A DNA stretch of 64,000 nt, taken from Cladosporium halotolerans (taxonomy: Eukaryota). The DNA lies in NCBI RefSeq assembly GCF_011745625.1, contig NW_027191470.1, positions 1 to 64,000 on the forward strand. Direction: 5' to 3'. The position numbers and the translations under genes are program-made. Shown one piece after another: positions 12,044-23,205 of the stretch. Under the pieces are notes generated by a model. It saw nothing but the letters and a program-made list of their open reading frames with translations. It was not told the origin of the DNA and ran no database searches. Each line of letters begins with the position of its first letter. Positions within the stretch are counted from its first letter, which is position 1.

Positions 12044-12562
12044 AATGCGACTCAATCACACAACACGCAACGAGGGCTCTCTTCGCCAGCGTAGAGCGCC
12101 GCGGTCGTTTTCAGAAGGTGCAGCTGCTCAGATGAATTCATCACGCGTGAGAGATCATTCCAGTGGAAAGTCTACTACCTGCTTGCACGGCAGGGTTCGC
12201 CTGACGATGCTGGATACCTAGATTGGAGGTCCGTCGGTTCTAGCGAGGGTCAAGCGATTTTGGTTTTAAATAATGTGAATAATTGGATGCCCTGGGATGC
12301 AATCCGTAGATTGTGCGACATTGGCTCTACCCCATTCACCTTTTGCATTGGTAATCTTGGGCTTACCAGTAGAGAAGACAAAATGATTACAAACAAAATT
12401 CACAAGGGCGCGAGCTGATAGCTTGACCATCCGCAAAAGTCATGAATCTTCATTGCAACCGCTTGGCTGAGAACGATGCTGTTCTTGATTTCATCCCGTC
12501 AGGAGCATTACTAAGGTAATACGCGTTTGTAAATCATCGTAAAAGCCATGGACCGGAACTTC

Positions 12563-13693
12563 TTACTGCCGCATGCCAAACCCACCCACATTCTCCACGT
12601 ACACCGGCGGTGGAGCCTTCATCGCTTCGCCATTACCGCCAGCACCCAACCTCTGAAACGCCTCCGCACGAATGTTCTGCAACTCCGCCCTCGCTTCCTT
12701 CACGCTCGCTTCCGCCTGCCGCAGTGCTGCTGTCGCGCTCTTAGACCTCTGCACCTGCGCGTCAATCTGCTCCTTCAACTGTGCCGTCGCCTCCATGACC
12801 TGCTGATTGCTAGCATGGATTCTATCGTGCTGTGCCATATCGCTGAAGATGTTATCGAACATGACATCGGAAACCATATGGCCCATGTCGACATTGACCT
12901 CGCGCAAATTCGCGATGGCAGGCTGCAGGTGGCGGGCCTGATCCATGTGTCTCAAGGCCTCGGAGATGGCGACGGATGCCTTGGAGAGGGCGTCGCGCTC
13001 CATCATGTCGGTGAAAGTGCCGCCGCCGAACATGTCCATGCGGGACGCATGCAGGGCGTCGTTCATAGAAGCCGAGGCGGCTTGCATGCGGTTCTCGACG
13101 CGGCGGAGAGCCTCAAGAGCGGCGCAATCGGTGTTAAAGCGAGATTGGGTCTGCTCGAAGTGCTGCCGAGCGTTCTGGACGGCGGTCTCCAGCTGGTCTT
13201 CGCCCGGGAGGTCTGGGGTCGGGCCGGAGAAGATGCTGTTGTAAAGACCGTCGAGCTCGGCTTGGGCGCCGTCATTGCGGGTCTTGTCGTGCTCGAGGCG
13301 GGTGCAGTCGTCGCTTGCGACATTGAGGGCCTGCATGAGTTCAGACCGGCGCTCCTCCGCCTCGCGTTCCTTCTGCCATGCTTCGAGAAATTCGCGTTCT
13401 TCTTTCTCGGACTTCGACGAGAACTTGGCCTGGCCTTTGCTTCCGCCGAGCTTGTGGGCGTAGCGTTTGAAGGTGCTGTCGCGGTATTTGAGGTGGTCCT
13501 TACGCTCGTCTTCGGTTATGGTGTGCAATTTCTTCAGTTCTTTGTCGGTCGCTCTGATTTGCGACTCCAGGTCAGAAGTGTAGGATTTGTTCTGCTGTAG
13601 CGCGGTGGCGGCATAGTCCGTCTGTGCTAGCGTCGACAGCAGCTCGCGATTGCGGACTGCTGCGTTCGCGAGAGCCTGGGTGAACTGCGACAT
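12563..13693 (-). CDS. Conserved fungal coiled-coil hypothetical protein
   Basis: Uninterrupted ORF from MSQFTQ with strong codon bias, DMFGGG and FDNIFSDMAQHDRI motifs and a C-terminal PPPVY. Confidence 0.75.
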   Translation of the reverse strand: MSQFTQALANAAVRNRELLSTLAQTDYAATALQQNKSYTSDLESQIRATDKELKKLHTITEDERKDHLKYRDSTFKRYAHKLGGSKGQAKFSSKSEKEEREFLEAWQKEREAEERRSELMQALNVASDDCTRLEHDKTRNDGAQAELDGLYNSIFSGPTPDLPGEDQLETAVQNARQHFEQTQSRFNTDCAALEALRRVENRMQAASASMNDALHASRMDMFGGGTFTDMMERDALSKASVAISEALRHMDQARHLQPAIANLREVNVDMGHMVSDVMFDNIFSDMAQHDRIHASNQQVMEATAQLKEQIDAQVQRSKSATAALRQAEASVKEARAELQNIRAEAFQRLGAGGNGEAMKAPPPVYVENVGGFGMRQ

Positions 13694-14280
13694 GCTTCTG
13701 TCCGAATTGTGATCTGGCTGTGTGTATCGAGATGGGCCCTGAGCCGGGTACAAGGATAGGGTGGGGCTTTGGGGAGTCTGCCTGACGTGAAGAGACCTCT
13801 GAGGTCAGACTATATAACTGTCGGGAAGGGGCTATGCTTTTGAAGCGATTGGCATCGCGGCGGTTCTCGCTTATAACAAGCGCGTAGATCATGGGCTGTT
13901 TCTGAGGCACAGCCACACCGGTACGGGATCTCATTGCAACATGGAAACAGGCACTTGAGGCTCAGCTGAATCCTTCCGAAGCCCACCCGCCGTTGGTGAG
14001 GGGCAGTGAAATGCTTGGGAGAAGGCATTCGGCGTCGATAGCCGTTCGCCAAGATGCGTTGGAGCCATCAGCAACACGACAACAAAGCGCGGAGGCGAAC
14101 TTTGGATGGGGAATGGATGGGATCCCGAGACACCTGGGCACCTCAGGACGAGGTCAACCACAGGCGACAGATTGGGTTTAGGTGAAGACTGCGCGATGGT
14201 GGATCTGGACGTGAGGGCAGGCTGTGCTGTGGGCTTCGCCCAAGCGCGTTCGCCTCGTACCAATAAAGCCGCGGAGCGAG

Positions 14281-14303
14281 ACGCGACTTGACGCGACGCG
14301 CGA
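14281..14303. promoter_or_regulatory. Cluster of MCB-like ACGCG elements upstream of CTF18
   Basis: ACGCGA at 14281, ACGCGA at 14291 and ACGCGC at 14296, just upstream of a DNA replication gene. Confidence 0.5.
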
Positions 14304-14336
14304 CAGCCGACAATTGGAGGTGATCACTGCCCTCCC

Positions 14337-17024
14337 ATGCCTCTGCTAGACGACGTGCCCGATCTGGACGACTGCGCTTTGCCAACTTCCGGTCATACAC
14401 ACGGCTTCTCGGACGACCTCGACGCCCTGCACGAGTTCGAGACCAACACTCAGACGGCGAACAAACGAAACGGCGTCGTGGTCCAGCACCGCGTCTGGCA
14501 GCTTCCAGACATATTTCGCAGCGAGCCTGGAGAGATTCCGAGCTCGCCTTTCCACATGGCCACAATGCCTTCTTCGCCTCCACTCAGCCCGTCAAACAAG
14601 AAACGCAGCTTCGCCGACATCGATCTCGGTCACAGTTCGCTCGGCCGGCCAGCCAAAGCACAGCGCGTCTACTATGGCATAGACATCCACCACCTCTTGA
14701 AGGAAGCCCAGGCGGAAGATGAGATTCCCAAAGCAGCCATGGAGCTCCCCACACCGCCCGCAGAGAAAGCGACCGGCAAGCCTGCTCTGCTCTGGACAGA
14801 AAAGTACCGCGCAAAGAAGTTCACAGATCTGGTTGGAGACGAGAGGACACACAGGCAGGTTATGCACTGGCTGAAGCGGTGGGATGAGATTGTATTTCCA
14901 GGATCATACCGACCGAAGAAGGCAAAGCCGGGTCAAGATCAGGATTTCCAGGAGCGAGCGCACAGGAAGATTCTCATGCTCACTGGCCCGCCGGGTTTGG
15001 GCAAGACTACGCTGGCGCATGTTTGTGCGAAGCAGGCAGGTTACGAGGCGCAAGAGATCAACGCAAGTGACGAGAGGAGCAGCAATGTGGTGAGAGGGAG
15101 GATAAGAGACATGGTAGGAACGGAGAACGTGCGAGGGGTAGACAAACAGACCAACGACGGCAAAGTACGAAAAGCGGGCAAGCCGGTCTGTGTCATTGTG
15201 GACGAGGTTGATGGTGTTGTCGGTGGGAGCAGCGGAAGCGGTGGCGAGGGCGGTTTTGTCAAGGCCTTGATCGATCTCATCTTGCTGGATCAGAAGAACT
15301 CCCAGGCACTGGGCACGCTTTCGCAAGCGCCTGCGAAGAAGAAAAAGGGCGATCGCTTCCGAATGCTGCGACCAATGATTTTGATCTGCAACGACGTCTA
15401 TCACCCAGCCCTCCGACCACTCCGGCAGAGCTCGCTGGCAGAAATCGTTCACGTCAGGAAGCCGCCTCTCCAAACCATCGCTTCTCGCATGCACGACATT
15501 TTCCAGAAAGAAGGCGTGCCTTGCGACAAAGATGGCGTCCGACGCTTATGCGAGGCTACATGGGGTGTGAGCAACCGGAAGGAGGATCGTGCTGGAAGTG
15601 GTTCAGGGGAAGGTGATATGCGGGGGATCATGGTTGTCGGCGAATGGGTCGCTGGCAGGCTGCGCGCTGCGAACGAAGTCACTGGAGATGCCAGGCTGAC
15701 CCGACGGTGGGTCGAGGAGAATCTCATCTCCGACCTTAGCCACGGCGGTGGAGCTGCGCGAGGAGTCGGACGTGGAGGTCCTAGAGACATCGTCGAGCGC
15801 GTTTTCCGAGAAGGAGCCGGCTTCCCCAAATCAACCAACATCGAAACGCCACAACACCAATCCAATGGGAACACAGGGATTAAGGGAGTTGCTGAATCGC
15901 TCAAACGAACTGCCACTTCACGCCTACGCGAGCTCATCGACACCAACGGCGACACCGACCGCATCATGACCGACGTCTTCTCTACATACCCAACACACCC
16001 TTTCCAAGACGACACCTACCTCTCGAAACCCGACGCCGCTTACGAATGGCTCAATTTCCACGACTCCCTCTCCTCTGCAGTCTTTTCTAGCAACGAATGG
16101 GAGCTTGCACCCTACCTCTCCACACCAGTCCTCGGCTTTCACCACCTCTTCGCCTCGCAAACCCGCGCCTGGGCTCAGAACCAGAACCCCCAACCCGACG
16201 AAGATACTCCTGCAGCACACCCCTTCACAACGCCCTCCGCTCCCTTCGCTGCCACTGAAGCGACAAAAACCAACACCGCAACCCTACACACCCTCGCCTC
16301 AACCCTCACCCCCTCCCTCTCCCGCAGCTTCACGTCTCCCGCCACCCTCTCCACCGACCTCCTCCCCTACCTCCTCCGCCTCCTCTCACCAGGCATAAAC
16401 CCCACCCTCCTCCACAGCAACGGCACCAGCACCGCCACCGTCCGCAAAGCCTCCGAACTCGCCCTCGTCGCCCGCAGCGTAACAGCCATGCGCGCCTCGG
16501 GCGTACGCTTCGACCGCACGCGCGTCTCGCCCATGGACTCCGAAACCGCCAGCGGGCCCCAACAATCCGCCAGCTGGGTCTACAGAATGGAGCCCGCGCT
16601 CGACGAGCTAGGCGTCTTCGGCACAGCGGGCGCGGCCTTCGGATCCGCAGGGGGGAAATCAACGCGCTTCGCGGTCCGGCAGGTGCTCGAGCAGGAGTTC
16701 AGGAAAGAGGAGCAGCGGCGGGCGGAGCTTGCTCGTCTCGAACGCCTGCCCCCTGGGACAGCGGCTGCTGCGCCGCAGCTGAAGCGCAGCGGGACGAGTT
16801 TGGGAGACGGCGAGGAGCGGGCGAAGACGAAAGTGGTGCGGGACTTTTTCGGGCGGGAAGTGGTTGTTGCGAAGCCTGAGAATGAGACGAGGGCCGAGGA
16901 AGAGAAGAGGAAGAGGAGAGAGGCGGGCGAGATGGAGGGGAGGGTGTGGGTTACGTACCATGAGGGCTTCAGCAATGCGGTGAGGAAGCCTTTGACGTTG
17001 GGGGAGATTCTGAAGGAGATGTGA
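14337..17024 (+). CDS. CTF18: Chromosome transmission fidelity protein 18 (alternative RFC large subunit)
   Basis: LWTEKY, Walker A GPPGLGKTT, EINASDER, DEVDG, RPMILICND and C-terminal VWVTYHEGFSNAVRKP. Confidence 0.95.
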   Translation: MPLLDDVPDLDDCALPTSGHTHGFSDDLDALHEFETNTQTANKRNGVVVQHRVWQLPDIFRSEPGEIPSSPFHMATMPSSPPLSPSNKKRSFADIDLGHSSLGRPAKAQRVYYGIDIHHLLKEAQAEDEIPKAAMELPTPPAEKATGKPALLWTEKYRAKKFTDLVGDERTHRQVMHWLKRWDEIVFPGSYRPKKAKPGQDQDFQERAHRKILMLTGPPGLGKTTLAHVCAKQAGYEAQEINASDERSSNVVRGRIRDMVGTENVRGVDKQTNDGKVRKAGKPVCVIVDEVDGVVGGSSGSGGEGGFVKALIDLILLDQKNSQALGTLSQAPAKKKKGDRFRMLRPMILICNDVYHPALRPLRQSSLAEIVHVRKPPLQTIASRMHDIFQKEGVPCDKDGVRRLCEATWGVSNRKEDRAGSGSGEGDMRGIMVVGEWVAGRLRAANEVTGDARLTRRWVEENLISDLSHGGGAARGVGRGGPRDIVERVFREGAGFPKSTNIETPQHQSNGNTGIKGVAESLKRTATSRLRELIDTNGDTDRIMTDVFSTYPTHPFQDDTYLSKPDAAYEWLNFHDSLSSAVFSSNEWELAPYLSTPVLGFHHLFASQTRAWAQNQNPQPDEDTPAAHPFTTPSAPFAATEATKTNTATLHTLASTLTPSLSRSFTSPATLSTDLLPYLLRLLSPGINPTLLHSNGTSTATVRKASELALVARSVTAMRASGVRFDRTRVSPMDSETASGPQQSASWVYRMEPALDELGVFGTAGAAFGSAGGKSTRFAVRQVLEQEFRKEEQRRAELARLERLPPGTAAAAPQLKRSGTSLGDGEERAKTKVVRDFFGREVVVAKPENETRAEEEKRKRREAGEMEGRVWVTYHEGFSNAVRKPLTLGEILKEM

Positions 17025-17408
17025 TGGGAAGGTAGATCAAGTCTTGGGGACTAGGGTGATCTCTCACAGGTCTTGGATGATTGGTTGGCGTCGGCGGATT
17101 TTGTGAAGTCCGAGTACAACAGCATTGCTCTAGTCATTCGATATTTCACTCTCATGAGCGCATGGCGTCAGGGACGACGCATAAAAAGAATGGCGAGATT
17201 TAAAGAAAAGTTCCATTTCGAAGTGTTCTTGTGACATGGCCAATTCTCCAGTCGATGACCGCAGTAAATCCTGTCCATTCACCCCTGATCCGAAAGCTAG
17301 TAAAGAAAAACGCCAATGCTATGCATATACCTTTTTTGTCGGGCTTCAATCAGCCCTCTCGTACAAGATGTTTGCCATCAGAGCCATCAATCACGCTCGC
17401 GCTCACGC

Positions 17409-18563
17409 TCAAGCCTCAGCAGCAGGGGCAGGCGCATCCTCCTTCGCCTTCTTGGCCTCGGGCTTCTCGCCCTCACCCTCGCCCTCCTCGCGCGAGCGCT
17501 TCCTGCCCTCGCCTTGCTCCCTCTCAGCGTTCCTGTCACCACCACGTCCACCACGGCCGCCACGACCGCCACGTCCACCGCGTCCACCCCTGCCACCGCG
17601 TCCTCCGCCGCGTCCACCGTCGCGCGAGAACTTCTGCCTGCCATCCCTCGTCGGCGAGCGCGGCTGCACCCTGCCCTCGCGGATATCCTCGTTCTTCTGA
17701 TCGACGTACGCCTGCTTGCTCATGACCTTCAGCTCCCGGTCGTTGAAAGAGGGCTTGGGGTCGAGCTCCAGGAAGGCCTTGGCGCCGTCCTCGGACTCGA
17801 ACTCGACGAAGACGGAGCCCTTGAAGCCGCCGTCCTCGCCGCGGCGCAGGCGCACGGCCTGCAGCGGGCCGTAGGGCTCGAAGAACTCCTCGATCTCGAG
17901 CTGCGACTTCTCGTTCTCGTAGCCGAAGCCCTTGGCGTAGACGCTGCGGGCCATGTTGGCGGAGCTGGCGACCTGCTTGTTGGCGTCGGCGTCGGTGCCG
18001 TACTTCTCCGGCAGGGGGGTCTTGCGGGTGATCTCGTCGTTGTCGTTCAAGTTGAGGAAGTCGGAGGCGGCGACGGCGTCGCGGACGGCGGAGTAGGGCT
18101 GGAAGTGGCGCATGCGCTTGAAGTCGTGGATGGTCTTGAGGGGCACGGGCTTGTTGTCCTTGCCGCCGGAGAGCTTGAGGAGGTAGGCGTCGATGGGCAG
18201 GTTGGAGTCGGAGAAGTAGAACTCGACCTGACGGCGGATCTCGGCGGCGTCGTTGCTCTCGGGGAGGGACTGGAAGCCAGACTTGACCTTGCGGTCGAAG
18301 CGGCCGCCGCGGAAGTTGCCACGGCCGCGGCCGCGCTTGTTGTCGCCGCCGCGCTGGAAGGAGTTGCGGCGCTTGCGGTCGTTGGAGTTGTTCTCGGTCT
18401 GCTCGTCCTTCTTTGCGTCCTCGGTGGTGGTTGCGGGTGCCTCAGCGGGCTTCTCGCTGGCGGCGGCCTCGGTGGGCTTCCCGGTGCTGTCGCCATTGGT
18501 GGCGGCGGCCGGCTGCTGCTCGGCGACCTGCTCGGTCGGCTTGTTCTCTGCGACCTCGGCCAT
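17409..18563 (-). CDS. LHP1: La protein (La motif + RRM, RGG tail)
   Basis: IRRQVEFYFSDSNLPID, RSVYAKGF, FKGSVFVEF and RGG repeats. Confidence 0.92.
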   Translation of the reverse strand: MAEVAENKPTEQVAEQQPAAATNGDSTGKPTEAAASEKPAEAPATTTEDAKKDEQTENNSNDRKRRNSFQRGGDNKRGRGRGNFRGGRFDRKVKSGFQSLPESNDAAEIRRQVEFYFSDSNLPIDAYLLKLSGGKDNKPVPLKTIHDFKRMRHFQPYSAVRDAVAASDFLNLNDNDEITRKTPLPEKYGTDADANKQVASSANMARSVYAKGFGYENEKSQLEIEEFFEPYGPLQAVRLRRGEDGGFKGSVFVEFESEDGAKAFLELDPKPSFNDRELKVMSKQAYVDQKNEDIREGRVQPRSPTRDGRQKFSRDGGRGGGRGGRGGRGGRGGRGGRGGRGGDRNAEREQGEGRKRSREEGEGEGEKPEAKKAKEDAPAPAAEA

Positions 18564-19103
18564 TGTGGTGGTTGTGGGTTTTGAGGGTAGAGGGTTGTGG
18601 TGTGGGAAAGGTGGGCTGGGGCTCAATCGGTTGTCGCAAAAGCTCCAGGCGCGCCGAGTGAAATTTCGCGGAGAGCTCTCGGTGTCTGGCGCAAAGAGGG
18701 CTGGCGGCGGGGCACTAGCGCTCTAGCGTTGAATCTTCAGTGATGGTTCGGGCAATGCAGCAAGGTACGAGGCAGTCTGGTACTCTGTTCGTATGATGGA
18801 GGTGATAAGAGTTTGTCGGGATTTCGAAAGCTAAGGTGAGGAAAAAATTGAAGTTAGGGAGTCTCCCATCGGCGGCTGTGTCACAGTCATCAGGGCCGCG
18901 CTTTCACATGTCAAACACGTGACAAGCATGATCAACACCACAAAGTCGCATTGGCACGTGAAATCGGATTTATGACGTGTGGCCTGGCTCTCATCCATTT
19001 ATTCTCGATTGAGAATGATACATGGTGATCACATTCTGATTTTTAACTGATAAGAATAACAACCAACTGAGGGAACAAAACCCACTACCCAAGATCCAAC
19101 CCC

Positions 19104-21533
19104 TCACTCCAATCCACCATCCCTCTGCCCCCTGAACTCCAACCCCTTCAACCGCCTACTAAGCAGACTCTCATTTCTCGCCTCCCCAGCTTGTCCAGCT
19201 GCGTTCGCAAGCCCAGCTTCCCAGCTCGGATCGCGCTCGAAAGTAAATGGTGGGCTGGCTTCAGCGCCCTCGCGAGCATGCTTCCTGCGGCTGATAGGGC
19301 TGGGGCTCGCGGGTGATAACTCCGGAGACAAAGGGATGCGGGAGTTCGAGGCTGGTGTCCTGTAGAAAGGCGACATCTCGACGTCCATAGGCTCGGTGTG
19401 GCGGATGCGGTCTTGCGCCCGGAAAGCGTAATCAAAAGGCGAGAGCCCGGTGTTAGGACTGGGGTAGTCCGCTGTTGGGAGAGAGTGCGGGATCGAGCGC
19501 CTTGCCATGACGCTCCTGTACTCATTCGGCCAGGGAGGCGAAGCGGCCGCGTTGGTCGGAGACCGCATCGAGTCCGCGGGCACGCCGCTGCGTCGCCTAG
19601 CAGCGTGATCGGATGTACTAGAGACGCCGACGTTCGAGTCGCGTGAAGGCTTGTAGGCACTGTACCGAGGCTCTGGCAATTGAATTTCGTTCCTCAGGCG
19701 TTCTTTGCCGTCCGGTACTCGATTTGCGAAGACAACACGGACGCTTTTGTACAAGAAGAAGCGACCCTTTGACGGGCAGCAAATGTGCAGGTGCAAGAGA
19801 TAACGGAGAGTGGGCCGCTCGTTGGGGTCGTCAGAGGCAGGCAGAGATGCTTCCGGCCGGTCTGTGCCTAGATTATTGCGAGAGGAAAGAGGCATGTCCA
19901 CTATAGGGCCCGCCGAGTAGCTGCGTTGTCGGATGAAGGTCTTCTGGCCAGGCTCCATGTCGGACAGATCGTACGGTACCAGGAAGAGTTTGACCGCAGT
20001 CTTGTTGGGATTCTTGATCACGATCTGCAACTGACCTTGTTGAGGAATGCGATAGCTACCTCCTGGAGGAGCCTTAGGCGAGCCCGATCGGCGCTTTTGC
20101 TTGTTTCGAAGGCGGCGTTTCGCATGGGCGTCCGAGGCTGATCCATCATCGCCAGGATTCGGAGAACTGGCTCGACTGCCTTGGTTGCTTCCAGAAGTAG
20201 CATGTAGGCGCTCTTCAAGCCGTTGTCGACGCTTATCTGTACCAGGTTCCGCGTTTGGTAGATTATTCTCAAGATCTACAAGGCCGACATAGGGGCTTGG
20301 CTGATCGCTTTGCCAGCCTTGTTTAGTCCCCGAACCATAGCTATAGAAGACGGCTGGGAAGGGTATGTGAGCATGGGGCGGGCATCGAAGCTTAGACGAA
20401 CACTGTCCCTTGCCCAGCACCCCAATCTGCGCGACAAAATTCAACGGCTTGGAGGGCGTCGTGGACATCCGACCTCGTAGTATGGATTCCTCATACGAGC
20501 CAACCATGTGCGCATGCTGTATTGGAGATTCAGAGATCGAGGGCCTTCTGGCTGCGGCATACGGCGACTGTGGGAGGCTGTTGAAAGAATGCAGCGACCT
20601 TCGCGGCTGGTGGGCTTGATAAGGGTGAGTGGTCTCTTTCCGCAAGGCTGGGACTGGCCGGCTGCCTTGAGCACGTGCTGAAGATGGATACTCCAGAGCC
20701 GCGGAAGAGAATCGCTTGATGGCTTCCGGGGAAAAGGTATGCCTGCGAGATTTGTCTTTATTTGGGGACAAAGGCCTGGACGGTGGATCGGGCGTATCCG
20801 GCCTGGACTGGTGAACCAAAGGGCTCGTCGGAGGCTTGTAGGTGAAGCTATTGGCCAAAGTGGCATTTGATACTGCCCGTGGCCGCACGGTCCGTTGGTT
20901 TGTATCGGTGGGCTGTCGTGGTGGTGATTGCCGTCTCTCCAGCCAAGCCTGTCGAAAAGCCGCTGCAGGAAATCCTGGATGCCACGGAACCACGGGTGAT
21001 GTAGACAGGGCAGGCGCCTGCTCCTCTCGTGAGACCTGGGCAAACCGTCCGAAACCACCGTCCGTCTGTTCCTTTTCTCTAAAATCGCCACGGTGCAAGG
21101 CTGACCTGGGCCTTTCAATCTGTATTCCAGCAGCCATGTTCTCCGCTTCCTCCTCTCTCGATCGCGGTCGTGCCGGGGTCGAGTCTACGACAGGAGGCAA
21201 TGGAGCGGCCTCCCTCCTCCTCCATCCGCTCGAACTCGGCGGCCTCTCCAGCTCTGGCGATCCGGGCCTCGAGCCATGGTCCCGACTCTTAATCCTCCGG
21301 ATGATCTCCTGGCGGTTGATAGGCTCATGTTTGAAGGGTGTGTTCGGCGAGCGCGGGCGACCAGTGTAGAAAGGGTTGTAGACAGCTGGAGGGCTGGTCT
21401 GACCGTCTTGGGGAGAAGAAAGGTTGTGGCTGCCGTCCAGTCGGCGTTCGCCTTCACCGCCAGCGTCGATCTTGCTGCTCGCGGAGGGCTGGCACTCGGG
21501 GTTCGGGCAAGCGGTGTGTTTTTGTATAGACAT
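19104..21533 (-). CDS. Atos/FAM214-like (DUF4210) domain protein
   Basis: VGSYEESILRGRMS, PSPYVG, YRIPQQGQLQIVIKNPNKTAVKLFLVPYDL, KTFIRQ and LRYLLHL. The start is uncertain. Confidence 0.85.
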   Translation of the reverse strand: MSIQKHTACPNPECQPSASSKIDAGGEGERRLDGSHNLSSPQDGQTSPPAVYNPFYTGRPRSPNTPFKHEPINRQEIIRRIKSRDHGSRPGSPELERPPSSSGWRRREAAPLPPVVDSTPARPRSREEEAENMAAGIQIERPRSALHRGDFREKEQTDGGFGRFAQVSREEQAPALSTSPVVPWHPGFPAAAFRQAWLERRQSPPRQPTDTNQRTVRPRAVSNATLANSFTYKPPTSPLVHQSRPDTPDPPSRPLSPNKDKSRRHTFSPEAIKRFSSAALEYPSSARAQGSRPVPALRKETTHPYQAHQPRRSLHSFNSLPQSPYAAARRPSISESPIQHAHMVGSYEESILRGRMSTTPSKPLNFVAQIGVLGKGQCSSKLRCPPHAHIPFPAVFYSYGSGTKQGWQSDQPSPYVGLVDLENNLPNAEPGTDKRRQRLEERLHATSGSNQGSRASSPNPGDDGSASDAHAKRRLRNKQKRRSGSPKAPPGGSYRIPQQGQLQIVIKNPNKTAVKLFLVPYDLSDMEPGQKTFIRQRSYSAGPIVDMPLSSRNNLGTDRPEASLPASDDPNERPTLRYLLHLHICCPSKGRFFLYKSVRVVFANRVPDGKERLRNEIQLPEPRYSAYKPSRDSNVGVSSTSDHAARRRSGVPADSMRSPTNAAASPPWPNEYRSVMARRSIPHSLPTADYPSPNTGLSPFDYAFRAQDRIRHTEPMDVEMSPFYRTPASNSRIPLSPELSPASPSPISRRKHAREGAEASPPFTFERDPSWEAGLANAAGQAGEARNESLLSRRLKGLEFRGQRDGGLE

Positions 21534-22250
21534 TTCTCTCCTCGCCCGGAGCCTCCAGTCGGACTCCGAGCGGTCTGCAAGGTGTCACCAGGAGAATGAG
21601 ACGGTAGGCGAGCGTGACTATGAGCGGTGCTTTCTCAGGGTCCAAGTTTGCAGAGCGTTGGCGGTGGAGGGATGACTGGCGGCGGGGCAAGCACGAAGCA
21701 AAGCGAGTGATAAAAGGGCGCGGGCGGTGGAAGGGCTGGGAGTGAGGTGTGGTGTTGTTTCAGCAGAGGGTGGAGTGTTGCCTTCCTTCGCACCCGAATG
21801 GCTCACAAAGGCCCGGGAGGCGAGAGTTCGGGCGGAGCAAGGAGCCTTCAAGGTTGCTGGTCACGTCAGACCAGGGTCGGCGACAAAGGACGAGCTGGAG
21901 CGACGACCCCTCACTGACTGCTCGGAGCTGATAACCTACTTTCATCGAGGCGCTGGTGGGCAGAGAGGGGTATGTACCACTACTGCCGGCGTGAGTCAAT
22001 GTCGCGCACCTGATCTGATCTGCTGTGCGCTGTCGTGGCTCGCCGTCGCTCATGCATGCCGCCGTGAAGCAGCAGGTGTCTTATCGCGGCTGATAAGCGC
22101 CCGCCTGCCCGCTCGGCGACTCGGCGCTTGCTCGCTCGCCGCCGACGAAAAGTTCCAGATCCCTGCGAGCCTGCCCTCGTTCTGCCTGTAGCCGAGAAAG
22201 ACATTCCCTTGCGACTCAGCAACGTCCACGGCATAAACACCACAACAGCC

Positions 22251-22916
22251 ATGGCCGAGAAACGTAAACGCGACCCGGCAACAGCCCCCAGCTCAGACTC
22301 AAAAAGACCCAAAAAAGGCTTCCAAGTCGGCCCCGCCAACCTCCCGGACGGCGTGCACAAGCGCAAAGTGAAAAAGATCAAAGAATCCCTCATCGAGCGC
22401 GCCCTGATCCAAAAGGAATACGCCCGTCTGAAGCGTCAAGGCAAACTGCCCGAAATCCAGGACGAAAGCATACCCACGCCGGCGTCCGCGCACCTCGACC
22501 AGGATCAGGCCAAAGACAGCAACGACAACGATGAGCCCGCCGCACCAGCGCAAGCAGAACCGCCCTCAGCACCGCACCCCGACCGCCAGGCGCAAATGAA
22601 CGCTCCCTCGCCCTCTCCAGAACCCGTCGAAAAGCCCACACCCCGCGAGCGGCAACCGCGGCAGCGCAAACCCAAACACCAGCCGTTCGCGAAAGAGCAC
22701 GCGCAAGCGCAGGCGCGGAAAGAAGAAGCGGAGCGGCGGCGGCAAGTTAGGGAGCAAGCGGAGCGCGAGCGAGCGATGAAACGAGAAGAGAGGGAGCGGT
22801 TCCGGAAAGCGATGGCGAAGGCGCGCACGACAGGGCCGAATGGGCAGCGGAAACTGGGCAGGGAGAGTAATGTGCTGCTTGATAAGGTGAAGAGGATGGT
22901 TGCGGAGGGGAAGTGA
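22251..22916 (+). CDS. rRNA-processing protein, Fyv7/TAP26-like
   Basis: Basic, charged small protein with KKIKESLIERALIQKEY and C-terminal GQRKLGRESNVLLDKV. Confidence 0.7.
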   Translation: MAEKRKRDPATAPSSDSKRPKKGFQVGPANLPDGVHKRKVKKIKESLIERALIQKEYARLKRQGKLPEIQDESIPTPASAHLDQDQAKDSNDNDEPAAPAQAEPPSAPHPDRQAQMNAPSPSPEPVEKPTPRERQPRQRKPKHQPFAKEHAQAQARKEEAERRRQVREQAERERAMKREERERFRKAMAKARTTGPNGQRKLGRESNVLLDKVKRMVAEGK

Positions 22917-23205
22917 GGGTTTGGCAGCGCTGGTGAGACAGAATGCTGGTTTCGATGATACCCAGGGTGAGAGGGATTGGCTGTTGCAGAGTGTTTGCAC
23001 AACTGGCGCTGGAGCGAACACCGTCTATACATCCCGGATTTGGAAGCACAAAAGCGTTCGGCATCAAAAGGCGTTTTCACGCCGTATTTCACATTTGAGG
23101 CTGGAAAGTGAACACAGCAGCAGGTTCATACGAGGTCAATCCTCCCGAAACTCCGATTCTATTAAATATTGCATAATGGATATGAAGGTCAACACTCAGA
23201 AGGCT

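Noticed and set aside
1..12100. Starship or other giant mobile element carrying the iron cluster
   Set aside because: No tyrosine-recombinase captain or boundary repeats are visible within the window, so it cannot be supported here.
12548..13600. Long antisense ORFs (also 17316-18584, 25102-26370, 28105-28878, 30394-31656, 48029-49024, 52956-54020)
   Set aside because: They are shadows of strongly C/G-ending codon-biased genes on the opposite strand and have no recognisable motifs of their own.
17409..18563. Functional link between the La gene (pre-tRNA chaperone) and the unusual tRNA
   Set aside because: They are 20 kb apart with many unrelated housekeeping genes in between, so proximity is likely coincidental.
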